From contig BTVY01000064.1 of assembly GCA_045863335.1 (NCBI GenBank), positions 1-29,378 on the forward strand: DNA of 29,378 bases, written 5' to 3'. The first letter of the stretch is position 1; each line of letters opens with the position of its first letter. This DNA is from Candidatus Hydrogenedentota bacterium. Its GTDB lineage: Bacteria > Hydrogenedentota > Hydrogenedentia > Hydrogenedentales > SLHB01. The position numbers and the translations under genes were made by a program. The notes beneath the pieces are model-generated. The model saw nothing but the letters and a program-made list of their open reading frames with translations, was not told the DNA's origin and ran no database searches. Positions 14,801 to 22,704 of the stretch are shown here, in pieces.

Positions 14801-16859
14801 GCAAACCGGCCTTGCGGGAGTTCTTGTCGAATCCATGGCATTCGAAACAGTTGTTGGAAAGGATGGGCCGGATGTGGCGGTTGAATTCGAGGGTCTTGGC
14901 GGGAGCGGCGGCGACTTTCGCGTCTTCGCTGGGTTGCTTGGGTTCTTCAGGCTTGGGGGCTTCTTCCGGTTTGGGCGCTTCCTCCGCGGGGGGCGACTCC
15001 TCCGCGGGAGCCGCCTGCTTCAGTTTCGCTTCCGCGCCGGGATTGCACTTCAGGCAAACCTCGCCTTTGCCCGCGGCTTCGACGCAACAGGGATGCTCGC
15101 AGGCCTTCCCTTCGGCGCAAGCCTTCGCGCAGCAGCTTCCCTCGTCAAAGAGCGCAGTGAGATCCGTCTTGCCCGAACCGGGATTGCACTTCTCGCAGAC
15201 CTTGCCCGCCGCGGCGGCTTCGACGCAGCAGGGGTGATCGCAGAGCTTGCCTTCGGCGAAGGCTTTGGCGCAGCAACTGTCGGCGTCGTACTGTTTGGAT
15301 AGCGCCAACTTCACTTCCGCGCCGGGATTGCACTTGACGCAAACTTCGCCCTTCCCCGCGGCTTCCACGCAGCAGGGATGGTCGCAGACCTTACCTTCGG
15401 CCTTTGCCTTCGCGCAACAGCTATCCGCGTCGTACAAGAACGCCAGATCCTTTGGCTTTGCCGAACCGGGGTTGCACTTCTCGCAGACCTTGCCCGCCGC
15501 GGCGGCTTCGACGCAGCAGGGGTGATCGCAGAGCTTGCCTTCGGCGAAGGCTTTGGCGCAGCAACTGTCGGCGTCGTACTGTTTGGATAGCGCCAACTTC
15601 GCCTCCGCGCCGGGATTGCATTTGATGCAGACCTCGCCTTTGCCCGCGGCTTCCACGCAACAGGGATGATCGCAAGCCTTGCCTTCGGCCTTGGTCTTCG
15701 CGCAGCAGCTATCCGCGTCGAAGAGGAAGGACAAATCTTTCGGCGCGGCCTCAGGCGCGGGTTCCGGCGCGGGGGTGGCCTGCTCTTCGACCGCAGCGGC
15801 CAGTTGGATGCCCAGATTGACCATCACCCCCGGAAGTACTGCGTTCAACTTGTCCGCACCATCGGCGGTTGCTTGGGATTCCCATAAGTACAGCTTGCGA
15901 AGATTCTGCATCGCCTCGAGATTGGCGAGCCCCGCGTCCGACACTTGCGTGCCGTAGAGATTCAGGTACTCGAGATTCGTCAGCGGCTTCAAATTGGCGA
16001 GCCCCGCGTCGCCGACGCTGGTCTTTTCCAAGTGCAGCCGCGTCAGGTTGGGCAACTGGGCGACTTGGGCGAGACCCGCATCCGTAACGGCGGTACCGGC
16101 GAGATTGAGCCAGGTGATCTGCTGCGCGAGCGGCTGCAATTGGGCGAGCGTCTCGTCGGTTGCCTTGTCGCCCAGGTACTGCAGGTTTACCGAGACCAGC
16201 GGTGATTTCATGTCCAGCGGCATCGCCACCGCGCCAAGGTCGCGCAGGGCATTCAGGGCATCTTCCGGCGGCGCGGGCACGCCTTCGGCGAGCTTGTCGA
16301 GCAGGCTCGGACCTTCATTGGCCTGGCTTGGCGGGGCCGCCTTGGCAGCTCCTTCCGCAGGAGCGTCTGCCGGGGCGGGCGTTGGTGCGGGTGCCGGTGC
16401 AGCGTCCGCGGCAAGAACGACCGCGCCTTGCAGGATCCAGCGGCGAATGAGATCGGCCTGTTCGGGCGTCAGGGGATCGCCCTTCGCCGGCATGATGTCG
16501 GGATCGTCGGGCGGCAGGATGACCAGCGAATACAGGGTGCTTTCTTCGGGCTTTCCGGCAACGACGACCGGACCGTACTCGCTTCCCGCGAGAATGGCTT
16601 CGTGGGTGTCAACCCGCAGTTCCGCCTTCTGCCGCTCCGGTCCATGGCACTCGTAGCACGAAGCTTCGAGAATGGGCTTAATGTCGCGATCGAACACGAT
16701 GGGCTCGCCCGCTTCCGCGGCCGGCGCGGCGTCTTCCGCGTAACCGGCGGTGGCAGCCGCGAATGCGATCGCCGATGCCGCGACCCAGCGGCCGAGCGTC
16801 AGGGGTCGCCACAGGCGCAACCCGGAATTCTTCCAAAGACAGGGATATTGCGTTTGCAT
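11895..16859 (-). CDS. Large secreted planctomycete-cytochrome-c / LRR / Cys-rich repeat / DUF1549 / DUF1553 (PSD1) protein
   Basis: 1654 aa from ATG 16859 (SD GAGGAG) with a signal peptide. Heme-c motifs CYECH (16644-16658), CFECH (14835-14849), CAECH (13974-13988). LRRs (LxxLxLxxTxVxDAGL). DUF1549 motifs NPIDRF, RRVSFDLTGLPP, YGERMA..WLDLVRYAD. DUF1553 motifs NPLTARVTVNRLW, HPDLLDWLA, TPMQALVLLND. Confidence 0.93.
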   Translation of the reverse strand: MQTQYPCLWKNSGLRLWRPLTLGRWVAASAIAFAAATAGYAEDAAPAAEAGEPIVFDRDIKPILEASCYECHGPERQKAELRVDTHEAILAGSEYGPVVVAGKPEESTLYSLVILPPDDPDIMPAKGDPLTPEQADLIRRWILQGAVVLAADAAPAPAPTPAPADAPAEGAAKAAPPSQANEGPSLLDKLAEGVPAPPEDALNALRDLGAVAMPLDMKSPLVSVNLQYLGDKATDETLAQLQPLAQQITWLNLAGTAVTDAGLAQVAQLPNLTRLHLEKTSVGDAGLANLKPLTNLEYLNLYGTQVSDAGLANLEAMQNLRKLYLWESQATADGADKLNAVLPGVMVNLGIQLAAAVEEQATPAPEPAPEAAPKDLSFLFDADSCCAKTKAEGKACDHPCCVEAAGKGEVCIKCNPGAEAKLALSKQYDADSCCAKAFAEGKLCDHPCCVEAAAAGKVCEKCNPGSAKPKDLAFLYDADSCCAKAKAEGKVCDHPCCVEAAGKGEVCVKCNPGAEVKLALSKQYDADSCCAKAFAEGKLCDHPCCVEAAAAGKVCEKCNPGSGKTDLTALFDEGSCCAKACAEGKACEHPCCVEAAGKGEVCLKCNPGAEAKLKQAAPAEESPPAEEAPKPEEAPKPEEPKQPSEDAKVAAAPAKTLEFNRHIRPILSNNCFECHGFDKNSRKAGLRLDVREAALEVRGDHAAIVPGNSAASELVKRITTDDPVDAMPPRDSEHELKPEEIQKLITWIDEGAEYEPHWSYIAVTCPEPPAVGDEWASNPIDRFVFARQQANGLTPSPEADRATLIRRVSFDLTGLPPGPDEVDAFVNDTDPNAYEKLVDRLLASPHYGERMAMRWLDLVRYADTNGYHGDEHRNVWPYRDYVIKSFNENKPFDEFTVEQFAGDLLPDPTRDQLIASGYNRMNQLTAEGGAQAKEYLAKYAADRIRTTTSVWLGTTMGCAECHDHKFDPFSTKEFYQFSAFFADIEEKGVYGAGDDWAPYLPLPSEEQAAEKAELETAIASLEQTLNTTTEALAAAQRDWEAETRLAIADAHNDWTTLMPAKIESSGGADLQVGSDLLIIANGTDPASDVYTLTFRTNQQNITGIRLDALPNPENGNLSRGNGNFVLTGFEVQAECGETCAPVPIAKAVADFEQDSFPISAAIDDDPKSGWAVLGHEKKGEARQAVFTFAEPIAGGPGTMLTVRMKHESPHANHNIARFQIALTTVPAPALTTSSAIAPEILAAVLVDESARTDEQKELLAKHYRGIAPALDGARTELKAKQDRLAKLTEEIPTTLITKSVEPRTIRVLPRGNFLDESGEIVEPGTPASLPPLGVEGRRATRLDLAKWLVSPENPLTARVTVNRLWEQFFGTGLSKVLDDVGSRGEWPTHPDLLDWLASEFMNSGWDVKHVVRLMVTSSAYRQSSTGSPELREKDPFNRLLARQSQVRLKAELVRDNALAISGLLSEDIGGRSVYPYQPDGYYDNCNTFRGPLIYTADQGENQYRRGLYTYWKRSFLHPSLLAFDAPTREECTAERTVSNTPMQALVLLNDPTYVEAARVFAAHILKEGGDTPEARIDYAFQRALCRKPTDAERAVLLNLCGEHMKQFADNPESAKQLTSTGFAPQPEDIDCAELAAWTSVARTILNLHETITRS
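15036..15725 (-). repeat. Five in-frame tandem ~48-aa Cys-rich modules (A-B-A-B-A) within the DUF1549/1553 protein
   Basis: Consensus DSCCAKAxAEGKxCDHPCCVEAAxxGxVCxKCNPG. DNA at 15184-15312 and 15472-15600 is identical over 129 bp (288-bp offset). Confidence 0.97.
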
Positions 16860-16899
16860 GCCAGGCTCCTCAGTCAAGACCGATGATTCTTAACGATTC

Positions 16900-16929
16900 A
16901 TTCTAAGTGAACATGCCCGTCGCTGGCAA
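16900..16929 (-). promoter_or_regulatory. Candidate sigma70-type promoter of the DUF1549/1553-DUF1501 operon
   Basis: Minus strand TTGCCA (16929-16924), 18 nt, TAGAAT (16905-16900). Confidence 0.45.
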
Positions 16930-16971
16930 ATGCGCGGGATTCGCAGTTTGCGCACATGTGTTGTGCCGCCC

Positions 16972-17685
16972 CTATATCGTGAGTTGGTGCCCGATCACAC
17001 CGAAGACGAACCCGGCGACGGCGCCGAGTGGCGGACCCCAGAACTTTTCGAGCCGGGCCTGGGGAGCGATATCCTGGAACGTGAGGTACAGAATGCCGCC
17101 CGCGGCGAAGAGCATGACGCAGCTCACGGCGGTTGGGTACCCGGCCAACCACCACAGGCCGGTGAGTCCGGCGATGGGACCTAGTAGGACGAGAATCGTC
17201 AATGCGCTGAGTACGGTTCTCGGCTTGGAGCGGCCGCTGCCGACCAGTTCGCGATAGGCGTTGAAGCCCTCGGGTAGGTTTTGTGCGGCGATCAAAAAGG
17301 CCAGCAGAAACCCGACCCCACTCCCTTGGGCGAAAGTGGATCCCAGGGCGAGGGCTTCCGGGACGAAATCAGCGAGCATGGCGGCGAGTTGGGCAGCCGA
17401 AGTCTGGGTCTTACTGAGCGCCCAGTCAAGCAAACAAAAGGCCGCGCCGCCAAGGAAAAATGCGGACGTCGAGACCGGGATGGAAACACCTTTGATACCT
17501 TCCGGCACCAGCACCAGCGCCACCGCCGAGAGAAGAATGCCACCGCCGAAGGCAATCACGGAGTGGCGGAACTCCTGTTCCAGCCAATGGGGGCGCAACC
17601 GCTCGATGCGCGCGATCGCGCCGCCCACCGGCATTGCGCCTCCCGCCAGGGTGGTCAACAGGATAACTTGAAGATACTCCGGCAT
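16972..17685 (-). CDS. ZIP (ZupT/GufA-like) divalent metal transporter
   Basis: 237 aa, about 8 TM. AFGGGILL..LVPEG (TM2), ADFVPEALALG (TM4), AQNLPEGF (TM5), FAAGGILY...DIAP (TM7). Confidence 0.88.
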   Translation of the reverse strand: MPEYLQVILLTTLAGGAMPVGGAIARIERLRPHWLEQEFRHSVIAFGGGILLSAVALVLVPEGIKGVSIPVSTSAFFLGGAAFCLLDWALSKTQTSAAQLAAMLADFVPEALALGSTFAQGSGVGFLLAFLIAAQNLPEGFNAYRELVGSGRSKPRTVLSALTILVLLGPIAGLTGLWWLAGYPTAVSCVMLFAAGGILYLTFQDIAPQARLEKFWGPPLGAVAGFVFGVIGHQLTI

Positions 17686-17846
17686 GATAATCCGAATCCG
17701 TTCTCAGCCCAGAGACATCAGATCCACTATGGCACGCCCCGGCGATGAGGAACAAGAGACGCTAGATGACCGATACTGATTCTCGAACATATTATGGGGC
17801 GGGAGTTGATCAGATAATCGTGGGCGTCGCTGGGAGCGACAATTCT

Positions 17847-17943
17847 GCCGCCCCTTCCGGGGCTTGGTGAACAGGTAGTATCTGCTGACCCAGGGCAGCG
17901 CTTCGCTCGCCCTGGGCTACCATCTTGCGCCCCCTCCGGGGCG
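17847..17943. repeat. REP-like three-hairpin element (GCCCC..GGGGC / CCCAGGGC..GCCCTGGG type)
   Basis: GCCCCTTCCGGGGC (17850-17863), CCCAGGGC-AGCGCTTCGCTC-GCCCTGGG (17889-17916), CGCCCCCTCCGGGGCG (17928-17943). Same layout as one half of the 7687-7919 element. Confidence 0.75.
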
Positions 17944-18074
17944 GACTGCGTGCGACGTATACGGTATGTGATGCCGATTTGATCGAGGATACCGCAACTG
18001 GGTTTTGACAACAGACTCTCCGGGGCAACTTGAATCACTTTTCCGGGAGATGCCGGAGTATTCGTACCGGCGCT

Positions 18075-20324
18075 TTAGAGGCTCAACTGTGCGCGAAACT
18101 CCTGCGCTGCGTTCTCGCCGCGGTTTGACTGGATGGCTGCGGCGAGTTCGTCGAGGTACCAGGCCGGATACTCGGAGCGAGACAAGGGAACGCGGCGGAG
18201 TTGCAGTGCGGCTTCGTACCACCCGGCGGCGAGCAAAGCGGCGGCGAAGGCTTCTTCGCCTCGGATGAGCCGTTCGATTTCCGGATCGGGTTGCGCACAT
18301 TCCCCAGCGGCCCAGGCGTAGAGATGTTCAAAGAGACGGTGCTGCGTCGGGGATGGTCGCTCCGGACGCCCGACCTTGGGATCGAGGAATCCCAATCGGC
18401 GGTAGGTGACGATATGAAAAAGCGCAATCTCCAAATCGGGATGCCACGACTTCCGGCCGAAGCGGTTCAGGTTGAGCAGGCGCAGCGCCTCGTCCTCCCG
18501 CTTGACGCGCAAGGATTCGAGCAACCTTAGCCAGAATACTTCCTGGCGCGCCTCCAGAGCGGGATTCACCTCAGTCAATGGCGCAAACGATGCGGCATCC
18601 CAGAAGCGCCCCTCGGGCAGGTTCCGAATCAGCTCGACGACAGGCATGAGCGCGCCGGGCGGTTGCTTACCGGGCCACTCCAAGGGAACGGGTAGCGCGA
18701 CTTTTCGCCAGAAAGCGACTTTCAGCCAGAGGAAGTCCATGCTGGGCGGCGCCAGCCCTTCGCTCCACGCACGCAAGGCCGCGAGAATCTCGCCCTGCTG
18801 GATATGAAACTCGGCCAGATGATCGCGATAAAAGGGATCGCGTGGTGCCAGTTCAACTGCGGTGCGATACGCGGCTTGGGCTGCTGAAATTCTGCCTTCT
18901 CGCTCCAATACTTTGCCCAGGAACAGGTGGACCTCGGGTTGATTCGGTTCAAGCTTGCGGGCGCGTCCCAAGAGTTCCGCGGCACGGTCCGGCGACGCAC
19001 TATGAAGATGATACGCCAGCCGCGCCAGGGCGGCAGGATTCCGTGCGATATCGGAGGATTCCAGAAGCGAGCGGGCGGCTTCCGTTTGATCCTTCGCCGC
19101 CAGTTCGTCCGAGTCCACGACGAGCCAGTCGACGGACGCAGATTCGCGCTGCCGCCATGCGTCGCGCAACCCGTGCAAGGCATCCCAATGCTCCGTTTCG
19201 ACGCAGGCACGCGCGACTTTCAGCGACAGGGGCTCGTCGTCGCGGATGGCATCCGGCCGTTCCGTGCCTAGAGCCACCAGATCGCCGATGGCCTCCATTT
19301 TGTCGAGCGCACGGGCTTCGAGCTTGCGCCAGCGCAGATCGGGCTTCGTGTGACGCGCGATGTGCGCACGAATCAGCGACAAGGCCTGCTCGGGTTCGGC
19401 GCGATCGATGAGTTGGGTCGCACGGTCTTCGAGCTTGCGTTCCCGCGCGAGTCGCGCGCGCCGGCGCAGGTAGAGGGTCAGCACCGGCACCCCCACGAAG
19501 ACTGTGAGCGTTCCGCCGAGCAGCGCGAGTTGCTTGATTCTCCGCCACGGGTCGATCTTGCCGACCAGAGCCTCGATATTGCTATGCGATAGCTCGACCA
19601 GGAAGACGCAATCGCTGAAATCCCGGTCGCCACCGCCAAAGAGATCCTCGAAACTCAGCATGAGGTAGGGCGTGTTTTCGATGGCGAAGGCCGTCATGTG
19701 TTCAACACCGTCCGCGTTCACGGCCGGGTCCACCGTGAACACTTCCTCCTTACTGTTGATGAGGAAGAAATTCAGCCGCGAGCCCGCGTCGAGCTTTCCG
19801 AGATCCACGAAATCGCCCGGCAAGAGGGGCGCATCCTGCGATCGTTCCCCCACGTCCTCCAAATTCAGCGTCATGGATTCACGATCCACAAGGCCGGCGC
19901 ACTGGTAGAGATCCTTGGAGCACGTCGCGTTTGGGAAAACGATCCCGGGTTTGCCACTATCCGGCCCCACGCCGTCGAGGTTGATGCCCAACGTATTGCT
20001 ATAACCGGACGCCTCTCCGATGAAGTAGACGCGGACCGTGCCGCGTTTGGCGAGCAGCAATTGGGCGGGATCGAGTTTGATGCGGCTGAAGTTCCGCGCA
20101 ATTGCGCCGGGATTCAGTTGTTCGCTGGCAAACACGATGAGGCCGGGCAGGTAATCATACTGAAATTGGGACGAGGCCCAATCCGAAGCGCCTGCCTGTA
20201 CGGGCGCAACAATCTCCAGTCCCATGCGCCGAAGCGGCGACTGCACGGGTGAATCGGTGGAACCGCACCCGGCGAGCAGGGCCGCGAATGCGAACAGGGC
20301 ACCGCCGAACGGAGCACGCTTCAC
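18075..20324 (-). CDS. Predicted lipoprotein with DUF4114-like extracytoplasmic domain, a TM helix and a C-terminal TPR region
   Basis: 749 aa from GTG 20324, overlapping the pectate-lyase TGA (GTGA). Lipobox LAG-C; SFEDLFGGGDRDFSDCVF (DUF4114-like); TM LALLGGTLTVFVGVPVLTLYL-RRR; TPRs (PEVHLFLGKVL...AYRTAVELAP). Confidence 0.8.
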   Translation of the reverse strand: MKRAPFGGALFAFAALLAGCGSTDSPVQSPLRRMGLEIVAPVQAGASDWASSQFQYDYLPGLIVFASEQLNPGAIARNFSRIKLDPAQLLLAKRGTVRVYFIGEASGYSNTLGINLDGVGPDSGKPGIVFPNATCSKDLYQCAGLVDRESMTLNLEDVGERSQDAPLLPGDFVDLGKLDAGSRLNFFLINSKEEVFTVDPAVNADGVEHMTAFAIENTPYLMLSFEDLFGGGDRDFSDCVFLVELSHSNIEALVGKIDPWRRIKQLALLGGTLTVFVGVPVLTLYLRRRARLARERKLEDRATQLIDRAEPEQALSLIRAHIARHTKPDLRWRKLEARALDKMEAIGDLVALGTERPDAIRDDEPLSLKVARACVETEHWDALHGLRDAWRQRESASVDWLVVDSDELAAKDQTEAARSLLESSDIARNPAALARLAYHLHSASPDRAAELLGRARKLEPNQPEVHLFLGKVLEREGRISAAQAAYRTAVELAPRDPFYRDHLAEFHIQQGEILAALRAWSEGLAPPSMDFLWLKVAFWRKVALPVPLEWPGKQPPGALMPVVELIRNLPEGRFWDAASFAPLTEVNPALEARQEVFWLRLLESLRVKREDEALRLLNLNRFGRKSWHPDLEIALFHIVTYRRLGFLDPKVGRPERPSPTQHRLFEHLYAWAAGECAQPDPEIERLIRGEEAFAAALLAAGWYEAALQLRRVPLSRSEYPAWYLDELAAAIQSNRGENAAQEFRAQLSL

Positions 20325-21439
20325 GGCGAAACCGGCCCGTCGTGCCGCTGCTTCCAGGTGGGGTAGTCTCGTTCGAGGAGTTGTGTCGCCCAGGCGCCGT
20401 ACCAGGCATAGCCCGCGCGCCGTTCGAGTTGGACTTCGGCAAGCGAGTGCACTTTCACGCCGTCGCGATTGCAGAAGAAGGGCTTGCCGGTTTCCAGGTC
20501 GTAGTACCGCGCCCAGAGCGCGGGTGCCTTGGGGTCCTCGACGATGCGCACATCTTCGGTCGCCGTATACGACTTGAAGCGCTCCGGCGGAATCGCAAAC
20601 CGCTCGATCCGGATGCCTTCGATGCGTGCCGCGTCCAGCCACGCAACGGCCGCGTCGACGGCTTCGACAATCGCCGGGGTCGGCTCCGGCAAACTCATGA
20701 GGAAGTACACGACAGAGACCGTTTCCGAGCCGCCGATGGAGGGCAGTTCATAGGTGCGCGCCTTGATGGGCGCGAGCGTTTCGTGATCGTGTTGCTGGCA
20801 CCAACCGGTCTTGCGTCCGTCGACCTGGATCTGACAGGCGAGCGTGACGGCGATCGCGCGGTCAAGCGCGTCGGACAACTTTGTCCGCCGGGTCTCGTCC
20901 AACCACGCAAACTCGGGGGCGCCGTTCCGGATGACGCGCAGCAACTCCATCACTCCGGTCATCACGTCGTCGTTGTAGGTGATGGCGTCCACGTCCCAGC
21001 CGCGCCATCCGCCGGAGGCACGCTGCTCGGCGAGGATGTAGTCGAGTCCGCGGGCGGCGGCGTCGCAAAAGCGCTCTTCTCCGGTTACCGCATAGACTCT
21101 CGCAAGATACTCGACCTGCGGGTAGGTGTTGCGATTGTCGAAGGAACTGCGTTGGTAATTCGCGCCGCCGATGGCCCGCACCTCCGCGAGGTCGATGATG
21201 GCGAGCCAGTCGATATCCTTCGGCCAACCGCCGTCTTCGTGTTGATGGGCGAGCAGGTTGTCCGCGATCTCGACGATTTGATACGGTTCGTAACGCGGGT
21301 CGTTCCGGTCGCGACCGTGGGCGCGCTGCCAGTGGCTGATGCCGTCGCGAAACCCGGAAAGGTCGATTGGACCATAGTTTTGCGCTGCCGCGACGGCGCA
21401 GAGAAATCCTAATACGCATATTGCGAACGACCGGCGCAT
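20321..21439 (-). CDS. pelA: Pectate lyase, polysaccharide lyase family 10 (PelA/Pel-15E type), secreted
   Basis: 372 aa from ATG 21439 (SD AGGAGG) with a signal peptide. GGWPKDID, SFDNRNT, ITYNDDVM, WCQQHD, ARTYELPS, WARYYD, ERRAGYAWYG. Confidence 0.9.
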   Translation of the reverse strand: MRRSFAICVLGFLCAVAAAQNYGPIDLSGFRDGISHWQRAHGRDRNDPRYEPYQIVEIADNLLAHQHEDGGWPKDIDWLAIIDLAEVRAIGGANYQRSSFDNRNTYPQVEYLARVYAVTGEERFCDAAARGLDYILAEQRASGGWRGWDVDAITYNDDVMTGVMELLRVIRNGAPEFAWLDETRRTKLSDALDRAIAVTLACQIQVDGRKTGWCQQHDHETLAPIKARTYELPSIGGSETVSVVYFLMSLPEPTPAIVEAVDAAVAWLDAARIEGIRIERFAIPPERFKSYTATEDVRIVEDPKAPALWARYYDLETGKPFFCNRDGVKVHSLAEVQLERRAGYAWYGAWATQLLERDYPTWKQRHDGPVSP

Positions 21440-21641
21440 CGTGCCTCCTGTACTGAATTTTACTTCGCCGCAGCCCCGCGAGGGATCGTGTTTCAGCCGG
21501 GGTAGCTTTTTCAAATGGACCGGCAATGCCGGCATTTCCCCTTCCATCCCTCCGGGCACTCCAAGTAAGATGGAGCCCGTACGGGGTGACGCGATGGCAA
21601 AGGGTTGGGAACATCGCGCGTATCGTTTGGGGGAACGAATC

Positions 21642-22634
21642 ATGACAACCACAATCACCGAAGCCGGACGGATACCCACGCTGCACGTGGTCGCGGATTC
21701 CATCCCGCGGGCCCATTTCCGCGCGATGAAGGCGGTTTGGGAACAGGGGCTGGCCATCCGCACCGAGTATGACCGGAAGAACGCGAAGGGAGACTACATC
21801 GATCCGCCGAGCCGTGACGCGCGGGTGCTCATCGAGATTACGGACCCTTACACACAGCCGCGTTTTCCGCCGATGTCGTTCTGTGAAATCGGGACGTATA
21901 TTGCCGAGATCATGGGAATCAAGGACCACATGGTGGTGCCCATCGAAACCCTGAAGGAGGCGGTTTCGGGCGAACTGTCCGCGAAGGAGTGGCCGTACAC
22001 CTATCACCAACGGCTCGCGAGTTATCCGGGCCTGGACGGGTCCGTCGTGGACCAGTTGAGCCTGGCCGTTGCTCGCGTCGCCCGCACGCCGCATACGCGA
22101 CGGGCGGTCGCCACCACGTCGGTTCCCAACCTGGATCCCTTCCTGAAGGAGGACGTACCATGCCTGCGCGAAGTGCAATTGCGCTGCCCGGAAGATGCGG
22201 ACGGCAATCTGGTGCTTAACTTGAACACCATGTGGCGGTCGCGGGACCTCTATAAGGCGTGGCCGGACAATCTCATCGGCATCACGTTCCTCCAAGGCGT
22301 CCTGGCGAAACAGATCTCCGAAGTCGCCGAACGGCCGGTCCGCGTGGGCAGCTATGCCGACTACAGCGCGTCACTTCATATCTACGGGCAAGACTTCGGC
22401 GCGGTGGGCGGCGACAGCGAGCGGGGTCTGCAAAGTTTCTTCGAAACTTTTGATGAGGATTCGTACATCGCCCGGTCGCTGACCAGCGAGCAGGCGCGGG
22501 ACATGCTCGTCGTGCCGCAACTGAAGGACTTCATTGCCGAACGCAGTGCCGAGCAATGGCGATTGCCACCGGAAGCGATCGCACTGGGCAAGAAGCTGAT
22601 TGAAGACTTCGAGTCCGAAACGATGCTGCCGTAA
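21642..22634 (+). CDS. thyA: Thymidylate synthase, archaeal-type/divergent ThyA family
   Basis: 330 aa from ATG 21642 (SD GGGGGA; alternative start 21594). YTYHQRL, TRRAVA, catalytic PC (Cys codon 22161-22163), WRSRD, AWPDN, SLHIY. Confidence 0.8.
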   Translation: MTTTITEAGRIPTLHVVADSIPRAHFRAMKAVWEQGLAIRTEYDRKNAKGDYIDPPSRDARVLIEITDPYTQPRFPPMSFCEIGTYIAEIMGIKDHMVVPIETLKEAVSGELSAKEWPYTYHQRLASYPGLDGSVVDQLSLAVARVARTPHTRRAVATTSVPNLDPFLKEDVPCLREVQLRCPEDADGNLVLNLNTMWRSRDLYKAWPDNLIGITFLQGVLAKQISEVAERPVRVGSYADYSASLHIYGQDFGAVGGDSERGLQSFFETFDEDSYIARSLTSEQARDMLVVPQLKDFIAERSAEQWRLPPEAIALGKKLIEDFESETMLP

Positions 22635-22704
22635 ACCGATCTGGATGAACGGGGACATGTGTGTGTGGAACCGCGTAAGTCCGCAGTGATTCACGTGCAG
22701 CGGA

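Noticed and set aside
15036-15725. Cys array as a multiheme cytochrome region
   Set aside because: Motifs are CxKCN and CxHPCC, not CxxCH.
17727-18038. 103-aa ORF or transposase remnant beside the REP-like element
   Set aside because: It mostly translates the palindromes and has no HUH or DDE motif.
20325-20642. N-terminal extension of the 855-aa ORF (similar over-extensions at 3016, 3103, 4629, 21441, 21763, 23881, 26405)
   Set aside because: They overlap neighbouring genes or promoters. Downstream starts have clear SD sequences, signal peptides or stop-start coupling.
21642-22634. Phage-type DNA hypermodification (dCMP hydroxymethylase) locus
   Set aside because: Asn rather than Asp at the specificity position, and no neighbouring kinase, glycosyltransferase or phage genes.
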